64,000 nucleotides of DNA from Lachnospiraceae bacterium. Its GTDB lineage: Bacteria; Bacillota; Clostridia; Lachnospirales; Lachnospiraceae. The notes under the pieces were generated by a model. The model searched no databases and was not told where the DNA came from. It worked only from the letters and a program-made list of their open reading frames with translations. The DNA is taken from assembly GCA_017437965.1 (NCBI GenBank), contig JAFRWN010000121.1:10836-74835 (forward strand), read 5' to 3'. Shown one piece after another: positions 28,661 to 36,708 of the stretch; position 1 is the first letter of the stretch, and the number at the start of each line of letters is the position of its first letter. Both the position numbers and the translations under genes were made by a program.

Positions 28661-29971
28661 CTATTTTATCAAATACGATATTTCACTGATCTTCACCATC
28701 TCCTGGCTGCCCTCAGCCATGTTCTTAAGCATTACGGAGTCTGCCGCTGCCTCTTCCTCACCGATGATGGCAACGAATGGAATGCCGAGCTTATTGGCAT
28801 ATTTCATCTTGGGCTTCATGCCCTTGTCCTGATAGTAAACATCAACGGGCACGTCGGCTTCTCTTAGTACTCTTGCGGCCTCAAGCGCCTTACCCATATA
28901 TTCCCTGCCCATCGGTACAACAAGGCATTTTACCAAAGATCCGGTCTCGGATTTAATCACACCAACTTCCTTCAGCTGATAGAAAAGCCTTGTGAGGCCG
29001 ATCGATATACCGATGCCGGGAAGCTTCTTGGTTGTGTAGTACTCTGTCAGGTTATCATAGCGTCCGCCCGAGCATACGCTGCCCATGGACGGAAAATCAT
29101 TGAGCTGGGTTTCGAAAACGGTACCCGTATAGTAATCAAGACCTCTTGCGATCGTAAGGTCAAGTGTGAAGTTTTCATCCGGCACGCCGAAACCACGGAG
29201 GAAGCCTACAACCTGTGAAAGCTCGTCAACGCCGGACAAATAAAGCTCGTCATCAACACCGTTTGCTTTAAGAGCCTGAAGCATCTCATCGTTGCTGCCT
29301 TTAATGGAGATAAACGCAAGGATTTTCTCAATTGCTTCCGCGCTCACGCCAAGCTCTGTAAGCTCGGATTTTACATTTTCCTCGCCTATTTTTTCAAGCT
29401 TGTCGATTATACGGAGTATGTCGGCGATATTACCGCCATAGCCCAGGGCCTTAAAGAAACCGTTAAGAACCTTACGGTTGTTCATTCTGATGGTGAAACG
29501 GCCGAAATCAAGTTCCTTGAAGACATTGTAGATTACTGCAGGAATCTCTGCATCATAGATCAAATCCAGTTCCTCTGCGCCGATAACATCGATATCGCAC
29601 TGATAGAATTCTCTGAAACGACCCTTCTGGGGACGCTCGCCACGATAAACCTTTGCCATCTGATAACGCTTGAAAGGGAAGGTCAGCTCACCGAAGTGCT
29701 GTGATACATAACGTGCCAGCGGCACGGTAAGGTCGAAACGGAGGGCAAGGTCGTTGTCGCCCTTCATAAAACGATAAATCTGCTTTTCGGTCTCACCGCC
29801 TGCCTTTGCGAGCAGAACATCCGAAAGCTCGATTACAGGAGTGTCGATCGGCAGGAAGCCGAATTTTTCATAGACGCGGCGTATCGTGTCATACATTTTA
29901 TTGAAGGCTATCTGGTCTTCGGGAAGAAGCTCCATAAAGCCGGGTAAGATTCTTGGCTGTACTTTTTCCAT
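28661..29971 (-). CDS. hisS: histidine--tRNA ligase
   Basis: Class IIa motifs (RYVSQH, FKRYQMAKVYRGERPQKGRFREFYQCD, GGRYDNL) and a C-terminal anticodon-binding domain. Confidence 0.9.
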   Translation of the reverse strand: MEKVQPRILPGFMELLPEDQIAFNKMYDTIRRVYEKFGFLPIDTPVIELSDVLLAKAGGETEKQIYRFMKGDNDLALRFDLTVPLARYVSQHFGELTFPFKRYQMAKVYRGERPQKGRFREFYQCDIDVIGAEELDLIYDAEIPAVIYNVFKELDFGRFTIRMNNRKVLNGFFKALGYGGNIADILRIIDKLEKIGEENVKSELTELGVSAEAIEKILAFISIKGSNDEMLQALKANGVDDELYLSGVDELSQVVGFLRGFGVPDENFTLDLTIARGLDYYTGTVFETQLNDFPSMGSVCSGGRYDNLTEYYTTKKLPGIGISIGLTRLFYQLKEVGVIKSETGSLVKCLVVPMGREYMGKALEAARVLREADVPVDVYYQDKGMKPKMKYANKLGIPFVAIIGEEEAAADSVMLKNMAEGSQEMVKISEISYLIK

Positions 29972-29989
29972 GGTTGTTCTCTCTTTCTG

Positions 29990-30622
29990 TTATTTCATTA
30001 AAAATCTTTCATTAGCCTGAATAATAAATTTATTCACCGTCTCAAATTCTTCCGAATGGATGATATCGATCAGAAGAAGGAAAAGCCGGATATCATAGTT
30101 TCTGGCCTCAAGCGACATGATCACAAGTGCATTGTCGATCGTATAGGCCCGTCTGAACGGCCTCTCACTCACCAGTGAAACGAAGGTATCGCAGACATGA
30201 AGCACCTTGGCACCCATCGGGATATCGTCTCCCGAAAGCCTCTCGGGATAGCCCGTTCCGTCCTCGTTTTCATGGTGATAATAAATATATTTCAGAATAT
30301 TTTCGTTGTAGAGCCCGCTCTTTAACGCAAGGTCACGGCTCAGAACCGGGTGCATTCTCGAATACTTGATCTCATCGATGTCTAGCAGGCCTTCCTTACG
30401 GCCATAAAGGTAGGCCGAAAGCTGAAGCTTCCCGACATCATGGAGCATGGAAGCCTTTGCGATGTCGCTTACCTCGTCCTCAGGCATCTCAAGACGCTTT
30501 GCCATGATCTCAGTCAGCATCGCAACGATCATGCCATGGTCGAAAACCGCAGCAATGTCCTCTTTATATTCGGTCTCCTTGCCAATCTGTTGTATGAGGG
30601 TGATTTCCCTGCTCAGTTCCAT
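29990..30622 (-). CDS. HD-GYP domain phosphohydrolase
   Basis: MLHDVGK ... YYHHENEDGTGYPERL. Confidence 0.75.
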   Translation of the reverse strand: MELSREITLIQQIGKETEYKEDIAAVFDHGMIVAMLTEIMAKRLEMPEDEVSDIAKASMLHDVGKLQLSAYLYGRKEGLLDIDEIKYSRMHPVLSRDLALKSGLYNENILKYIYYHHENEDGTGYPERLSGDDIPMGAKVLHVCDTFVSLVSERPFRRAYTIDNALVIMSLEARNYDIRLFLLLIDIIHSEEFETVNKFIIQANERFLMK

Positions 30623-32169
30623 GCTGCAAACGCTTCTTTCTTCCGTTCGATCATCTCATCAACTCTGCTTATATAATCCGTCAAGCTCTTAACATTCTCT
30701 ACGCGTTCGATTCTTACTTCACTGCTTCCGTCCTCAAGAATCTTTTCCGGAAAAACATATTTCGTGGTCGCGCCGGCGCCGAGTGCAAGTATCGTCTGCT
30801 TTTCTTCCATTATCAGGATGTTGTAGAGGCCTTCCTTTCCTTCCCTTGCATAACCGATGTTTTCAAGGTTTTCCGCCATGTTTTTCTGACGGTAGAGGTA
30901 GTACGGATGATAGGCATTTTCAGACGCAAACTTCATTGCAAGCTCCGCTGCCTTCTCCACATCCTTCGCAGCCAGATCCTTATATCTGTCATTTTCAAGC
31001 TTAAGCCTTGCTGCACGTTTTATCGCAAGCGTATGCACTGTAAGGGATTCTGGATCCAGTTCCTTTACACATGAAAGCGTGTGTGCAACATCCTCCGGTG
31101 TTTCTCCGTGAAGCCCGATTATCATATCAAGATTTATATTCTCATGTCCCGCTGCCCTTGCCATCTTAAAGGCCTCATAAACCTGTTCCACCGTGTGCTT
31201 TCTTCCGATAAGCTCAAGGGTTTTCTGATTCATGGACTGGGGATTTATCGAAATCCTGTTGACTCCGTACTCCTTCAGAATCCTGAGTTTTTCAGGATTC
31301 AGGCTGTCCGGCCTTCCGGCTTCAACGCAGAATTCAAGCGTGCTTTCCACCGGGAAATATTTATGGACGGCTGTAAGGAGTCTCACAAGTCCTGCTTCCG
31401 AAAGCGCAGTCGGTGTTCCTCCGCCGATATATATGGTATTTAAATTTTTCTTTTTGCTTCCGTTTTCACCCGAAAATGCAGTGGACGCATATGCCATCTC
31501 GCGTTCAAGCGAAGTAAGATAATCGTCCATCAGATATCCGAATCTTTCAACCGGATATGAGGTAAACGAACAGTAAAGGCAGGTTGTCGGGCAGAAAGGA
31601 ATGCCGATATAAAGACTATAGCCGTTACGGTAATCAAAACCACGAAGGATATCAAGCTCACGTTTAGCGATGTCAACCGCAATCTCTGCTCTCTCAGATG
31701 AAACATATAGTTCCTTTTCAAAGCGCGCTTTTATCTCATCTTCGCTTTTTCCTCTCTCAAGTGCCTCATAGGCATGCTTGGTCGGCCTGATACCTATCAT
31801 CACTCCCCACGGAAGCGTCTTTCCGGTAAGCTGTGAAAGCATATCATATATGAGCCTTCCTGCCGCATAGCGGTATTCGGCAATATCTTCGGGCATTTCT
31901 TCCGAAGAGCCCTCAATCAGCAGTGCTTTTGTACTTCCCCCCACTTTTGCTGCAATTTTGCAACAAACCGCCTTTTCCGAAAAGCCGCATCTGACACTTA
32001 GCTCCCCCGAAACTATTTGAGCCTCACCATAGTTTATCTCATCGTTGTCCACATAGGCATATTCATATTCGATATTTCCGAAAAAGGACTGGATAAGGGG
32101 TCTTATTGCCTGGGAAATGTCAATTCCCGAAATATATATTTTTACTTTTTTAGTATCTTGTATCATCAA
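30613..32169 (-). CDS. hemZ: radical-SAM coproporphyrinogen dehydrogenase-like protein (HemZ-like)
   Basis: CPTTCLYCSF radical-SAM cluster motif. The HemN/HemZ-like length and N-terminal extension fit. Confidence 0.75.
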   Translation of the reverse strand: MMIQDTKKVKIYISGIDISQAIRPLIQSFFGNIEYEYAYVDNDEINYGEAQIVSGELSVRCGFSEKAVCCKIAAKVGGSTKALLIEGSSEEMPEDIAEYRYAAGRLIYDMLSQLTGKTLPWGVMIGIRPTKHAYEALERGKSEDEIKARFEKELYVSSERAEIAVDIAKRELDILRGFDYRNGYSLYIGIPFCPTTCLYCSFTSYPVERFGYLMDDYLTSLEREMAYASTAFSGENGSKKKNLNTIYIGGGTPTALSEAGLVRLLTAVHKYFPVESTLEFCVEAGRPDSLNPEKLRILKEYGVNRISINPQSMNQKTLELIGRKHTVEQVYEAFKMARAAGHENINLDMIIGLHGETPEDVAHTLSCVKELDPESLTVHTLAIKRAARLKLENDRYKDLAAKDVEKAAELAMKFASENAYHPYYLYRQKNMAENLENIGYAREGKEGLYNILIMEEKQTILALGAGATTKYVFPEKILEDGSSEVRIERVENVKSLTDYISRVDEMIERKKEAFAAWN

Positions 32170-32882
32170 TCGGTTTTCTTCTTTCTGAAGAAAGGAAACT
32201 TTCTCTTTTTTATGTCACTCTCGTCAATATACTGGACGCTGTCGCGGAGAAGTTCCTTAAGGTATGGATTGTTCCTTCTTTCATAACCGATGTTTGTAGA
32301 AGGTCCGTGACCCGGAAAGACCTGAATATCGTCCGGAAGTGCAAAAAGCTTTTCAACAAGCGATTCGATCAATACCTTCGGCTCTCCGGTCGGAAGATCG
32401 GTACGTCCGATGGAATCCGCAAAAAGCGTATCTCCCGAAAAAACAATGCCATAAAGAGGAAAAAGGAAGCATATGCTTCCGACTGTATGGCCCGGCACCT
32501 CGAAAATCGTAATGAACATGCCTCCGGCCTCAATAACATCTCCGTCGGAAAGGGTTTTGTCGGGAGCCACTGTACATGCGCCCCAGGCCTGCGAACTGAC
32601 ATTGAGCACGGAATCTCCGAGAAGCTCAACCTCCTTCGCGCCGGCAAAAACTTCGACGTCCCATTCTTTCCTGAGCTCATTTACAGCACCGATATGGTCA
32701 AAATGGCCATGGGTAAGGAGTATTGCAACCGGCGTATAGCCTGAATCCGCAACCTCTTTCTTAATCTTTCCCGCCTCGGTGCCGGGGTCGATTACGACGC
32801 ACTCCATCGTCTCCGGATTTCCGACGATTCCGCAGTTTGTAAACATGTTTCCGACTGTAACTATTTTCAGAAAATAATCCAT
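32166..32882 (-). CDS. MBL-fold metallo-hydrolase
   Basis: LLTHGHFDHIGA motif. Start set at MDYFLKI (the alternative at 32906 would overlap relA by 20 nt). Confidence 0.8.
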   Translation of the reverse strand: MDYFLKIVTVGNMFTNCGIVGNPETMECVVIDPGTEAGKIKKEVADSGYTPVAILLTHGHFDHIGAVNELRKEWDVEVFAGAKEVELLGDSVLNVSSQAWGACTVAPDKTLSDGDVIEAGGMFITIFEVPGHTVGSICFLFPLYGIVFSGDTLFADSIGRTDLPTGEPKVLIESLVEKLFALPDDIQVFPGHGPSTNIGYERRNNPYLKELLRDSVQYIDESDIKKRKFPFFRKKKTD

Positions 32883-32886
32883 CTTG

Positions 32887-35184
32887 TCAACCTGTAGTTC
32901 TCTCAATTCCGATTACGTTCGGTACCTGCCTTAACTTCCTCATTATATCGTCAAGCTCGGCTGCGCCCTTGGTTTCAAAGCTGATGGTAAGCGTCGCAAC
33001 TCCGCTCTTTGCGGTATTCGCCGTTATGGAGCTGATGTTTACCGAGCTTTCGGAAAGCACCCTGGAAACCTCAAGAAGCAGTCCCTGCTTGTCATTTGCA
33101 TAGATACGCACCTCGGCATTATAGACCATGTTGTCAAGGCCTGCCGCATCCTTGTTCCAACTTGCCTCGATCAGTCTGATACGGTCGGTCTCCGGCATAT
33201 TGATCACGTTGACGCAGTCAGTCCTGTGTATCGTGATTCCGCGGCCGCGCGTCACATAGCCTACGATTTCATCGCCCGGCACAGGTGAACAGCATCTCGA
33301 AAAATGAACTGCCACGTCGTTTACGCCGTTAACGATGATCGCGCCCTGGTTCTTCTTGTCCTTATGGGCACTCGAAGTCTGGGGATTGGAATAATTCGAA
33401 AGCGCCTCTTCCACATCGGTCGGTGAAACGGGCTTACTCTTTCTCATGCTTTCCTGCAGCTTACCGACAACCTGGCCTTCCTTTAAGGATCCGTGGCCGA
33501 TACCCGCAAGCAGTGAATTCCAGTCCTTATAACCGTACCTCTGTACGCAGTTTTCCATATATTCGGGCTTAAGAAGCTCGCTAAGGTTTATGCTCTTTGC
33601 CTTACAGTAGCTTTGCAGGAATTCTCTTCCGCGTACTGCATTGTCTTCCTTGAGCTCCGTCTTAAACCACTGATTTATCTTGTTTTTCGCCTTGGAACTC
33701 TTTACGATCTTAAGCCAGTCGCGGCTCGGTCCCTTGGCGTTCTGCGAAGTCAGAATCTCGATTCTGTCGCCGTTCTTTATTACATATTCAATAGGCACAA
33801 GCTTTCCGTTTACCTTACCGCCCACCATGTGATTTCCGACTGCCGAATGTATCGCATAGGCAAAATCCACAAGGTTAGAGCCGTTCGGAAGCTGCTTTAC
33901 CTCTCCCGTCGGAGTGAAGGCATAGATGCTGTCGCTGAAAAGGTCAAGATCGCTCTTAAGCACGTTAAGGAATTCCTTGTTATCCGAGAAATCCCTCTGC
34001 CATTCAAGTATCTCACGAAGCCAGCTGAGCTTTTCTGCCTCGTTGGTGTCGGAATGCTTGCCGTCCTGGTTTTCCTTGTATTTCCAGTGCGCAGCGATAC
34101 CGTATTCAGCCGTTCTGTGCATTTCGTAAGTACGTATCTGCACTTCAAACGGAGTACCGCCGGGGCCGATCAGTGTCGTATGGAGCGACTGATACATATT
34201 GGGCTTCGGCATTGCGATATAGTCCTTGATGCGGCCCGGTATCGGTTTATACATTTCATGAAGGATTCCGAGCACACCGTAACAGTCCTTTACATCTTCT
34301 ACTATCACCCTGACAGCAAAAAGATCATATATCTGGTCAAGTGTCTTGTTCTGGTTGACCATCTTACGGTAGATTGAGAAGAAATGCTTCGCACGTCCCT
34401 CTATCTCGCCACGGATTCCCGCTTCCTCAAGCTTGCCCTTCATCTCTGTGACTATTCTTGAGGTAAAGGCCTCCCTTTCGAAACGTGTTGCGGAAATCTG
34501 CTCTGCAAGGTCCTTATATACATCCGGATGCAGATATTTGAGCGCAAGATCGTCCAGCTCGGTCTTTATCATGCTGATACCGAGACGTTCCGCAAGCGGT
34601 GAATATATTTCAAGTGTTTCCCTTGAAATCGAAATCTGCTTCTCGGGCTTCTGGTACTTCATCGTACGCATATTGTGAAGCCTGTCGGCAAGCTTTATGA
34701 TTATTACTCTGATGTCCTTTGCCATTGCAAGGAACATTTTACGGAGATTTTCAGCCTGTACCTCAACCTTGTCGGCGCTGTACTTGAGTTTTGTCAGCTT
34801 TGTAACGCCGTCAACAAGTAGAAGTACTTCCTCTCCGAACATGTTCTTCATTTCCTCGTCGGTAACCGAGGTATCCTCAAGAACATCGTGAAGGAGGCCT
34901 GCCATGATGGTTTCCTTGTCCATTTCAAGCTCGGCAAGTATGATTGCGACGTTCACAGGGTGATTGATATAGGGTTCACCCGAACGGCGCAGCTGTCCGC
35001 CATGTGATTTTTTTGCATAATCATAGGCAAGCTCTACACGTGAAACATCAGTCGAGGGATGATACTTCTTTATCACTTCGATAAGATGCTTCTTCATCTC
35101 GTCCGGTTCCATGAACTCGGGCATCAGTCCGATTACACCGTGCGGACTTCTTACTATACTTACGGTACCGTTTGTATCAGGCAT
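32887..35184 (-). CDS. relA: bifunctional (p)ppGpp synthetase/hydrolase
   Basis: 765 aa with an HD hydrolase (HPVNVA..LHDVLEDT), a synthetase (YRKMVN...SLHTTLIGP), and TGS and ACT regions. Confidence 0.95.
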   Translation of the reverse strand: MPDTNGTVSIVRSPHGVIGLMPEFMEPDEMKKHLIEVIKKYHPSTDVSRVELAYDYAKKSHGGQLRRSGEPYINHPVNVAIILAELEMDKETIMAGLLHDVLEDTSVTDEEMKNMFGEEVLLLVDGVTKLTKLKYSADKVEVQAENLRKMFLAMAKDIRVIIIKLADRLHNMRTMKYQKPEKQISISRETLEIYSPLAERLGISMIKTELDDLALKYLHPDVYKDLAEQISATRFEREAFTSRIVTEMKGKLEEAGIRGEIEGRAKHFFSIYRKMVNQNKTLDQIYDLFAVRVIVEDVKDCYGVLGILHEMYKPIPGRIKDYIAMPKPNMYQSLHTTLIGPGGTPFEVQIRTYEMHRTAEYGIAAHWKYKENQDGKHSDTNEAEKLSWLREILEWQRDFSDNKEFLNVLKSDLDLFSDSIYAFTPTGEVKQLPNGSNLVDFAYAIHSAVGNHMVGGKVNGKLVPIEYVIKNGDRIEILTSQNAKGPSRDWLKIVKSSKAKNKINQWFKTELKEDNAVRGREFLQSYCKAKSINLSELLKPEYMENCVQRYGYKDWNSLLAGIGHGSLKEGQVVGKLQESMRKSKPVSPTDVEEALSNYSNPQTSSAHKDKKNQGAIIVNGVNDVAVHFSRCCSPVPGDEIVGYVTRGRGITIHRTDCVNVINMPETDRIRLIEASWNKDAAGLDNMVYNAEVRIYANDKQGLLLEVSRVLSESSVNISSITANTAKSGVATLTISFETKGAAELDDIMRKLRQVPNVIGIERTTG

Positions 35185-35204
35185 TTTAATCTCCTCCTTC
35201 CTTT

Positions 35205-35245
35205 AAAGGATAAAACTCCTCACTTCATTCGGAGTTTTTTGAATT
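35205..35245 (-). repeat. ~41-nt hairpin element, copy 1 (also a likely apt terminator)
   Basis: Minus strand reads AATTCAAAAAACTCCGAATGAAGTGAGGAGTTTTATCCTTT. It is about 85% identical to 43581-43622, which is read on the plus strand. Confidence 0.6.
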
Positions 35246-35255
35246 TATCGCGGAA

Positions 35256-35786
35256 TTACTTCCCTTCGTACTTAATTACACTCTCCACATCGTATTTCTC
35301 AAGCTTTTTCCTGCCCTCAAGCCCTTCAAGCTCCATAAGAAATACGCTCTTTACAACCTCCCCGCCGAGTTCTTCTACAAGCTCTGCGATTGCAGCAACG
35401 GTTCCGCCAGTTGCGATCAGGTCATCCACGAGAACTACTCTGTCTCCGGGCTTGATCGCATCCTTATGAATCTGGATTTCGGCCGTTCCGTACTCAAGTG
35501 AATATTTTTTGCTCACAACCTCTCTCGGAAGCTTTCCCGGCTTTCTTGCAAGCACAAAGGATTTTCCGAGCTTATAGGCAATAGGAGCGCCGAAAATAAA
35601 GCCTCGGCTCTCTGCGCCGACAAGCACGTCAAACTCGGTATCCCCGATAAGATCGATAAGTCCGTCTATTGCAAGCCTCAGTCCATCCGGATCCTGGATC
35701 ACGCTCGTAACATCACGGAACATGATTCCCGGCTGCGGAAAATCGGGAATTGTCAGTACATAATCGGCAACATTTTTCTTTTCCAT
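35256..35786 (-). CDS. apt: adenine phosphoribosyltransferase
   Basis: FPQPGIMFRDVT... and the PRPP motif VVLVDDLIATGGT. Confidence 0.93.
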   Translation of the reverse strand: MEKKNVADYVLTIPDFPQPGIMFRDVTSVIQDPDGLRLAIDGLIDLIGDTEFDVLVGAESRGFIFGAPIAYKLGKSFVLARKPGKLPREVVSKKYSLEYGTAEIQIHKDAIKPGDRVVLVDDLIATGGTVAAIAELVEELGGEVVKSVFLMELEGLEGRKKLEKYDVESVIKYEGK

Positions 35787-35928
35787 CGCTTGATATCTCC
35801 TGTCCTGTATATATTAAAGAAACAAAAATTTACAATGTATCTAATAAATGTTATCACAAAGTACCCGATTTTACAAGCTTTTTTACAGTTTTTAAAGCCC
35901 TCCGGACCGCTTTTCAACAAGAAAGCAT

Positions 35929-35956
35929 TTGCAATTCCGGAAAAATATGTTAAAAT
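35929..35956 (+). promoter_or_regulatory. sigma-A promoter of hisB
   Basis: TTGCAA (35929-35934), a 16-nt spacer, then TAAAAT (35951-35956). Confidence 0.55.
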
Positions 35957-36010
35957 ATGTCATATATCAGCCGGATATGTCATATCCCGGCTCATTATAA
36001 GGAGGCAAGG

Positions 36011-36604
36011 ATGGAAGCCAGAACCGCAACTATTGAAAGAAAAACCAAGGAAACCGACATTTCTCTTACTTTAAACATCGACGGAACCGGAATCTGCGAC
36101 ATCGATACCGGCATTCCTTTCTTCGATCACATGCTCTCGGGCTTTGCAAGGCACGGCATGTTCGACCTCCGCCTTAAATGCAAAGGTGATATCGAGGTTG
36201 ACAGCCACCACACCATCGAGGACTGCGGTATTGTTCTCGGCGAGGCAATAAAAAAGGCACTCGGCGACAAAAAAGCCATCAAACGCTATGGTTTCTTCCT
36301 GCTTCCGATGGACGAAACCCTTGTAATGTGCGCGATCGACATCTGCGGAAGGCCATATTTCAAATATAATCTGAACTTTACAGTGCCGAAGCTCGGCACG
36401 ATGGATACCGAAATGGTAAGGGAATTCTTCTATGCAGTCTCCTACGGTGCGATGATAAACCTGCACCTCAAGGAAATGGACGGTCTCAACAACCACCATA
36501 TTGCAGAGGCAGCCTTCAAATCCTTCGGAAAAGCTCTTGACGTTGCCACCCAGATTGAACCGAGACTCGGCGGCCAGGTATGGTCCACCAAGGGCGTTCT
36601 TTAA
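36011..36604 (+). CDS. hisB: imidazoleglycerol-phosphate dehydratase
   Basis: MEARTATIERKTKETDISL...DSHHTIEDCGI...NNHHIAEAAFKSFG. Start moved to 36011, which has AAGGAGG upstream. Confidence 0.93.
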   Translation: MEARTATIERKTKETDISLTLNIDGTGICDIDTGIPFFDHMLSGFARHGMFDLRLKCKGDIEVDSHHTIEDCGIVLGEAIKKALGDKKAIKRYGFFLLPMDETLVMCAIDICGRPYFKYNLNFTVPKLGTMDTEMVREFFYAVSYGAMINLHLKEMDGLNNHHIAEAAFKSFGKALDVATQIEPRLGGQVWSTKGVL

Positions 36605-36627
36605 AAAATTTTAATAAAAAACGATAA

Positions 36628-36662
36628 TTTGTTGCACTTTTGGTGCACTTGGCGTGTTATAC
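36628..36662 (+). promoter_or_regulatory. conserved motif, copy B (tandem TGCA 11-mers + CGTG); candidate promoter or operator
   Basis: TTTGTTGCACTTTTGGTGCACTTGGCGTGTTATAC aligns with 19554-19587. It overlaps the 5' arm of the hisB terminator hairpin. Confidence 0.4.
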
Positions 36663-36694
36663 TTAATGAAAAAGTTATAACACGCCATTTTTTT
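36651..36694 (+). terminator. rho-independent terminator after hisB, abutting the RBS of the next gene
   Basis: GGCGTGTTATA (36651-61), a 14-nt loop, TATAACACGCC (36676-86), then ATTTTTTT. AGGAGG starts at 36695. Confidence 0.7.
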
Positions 36695-36708
36695 AGGAGG
36701 TAAAAAAC

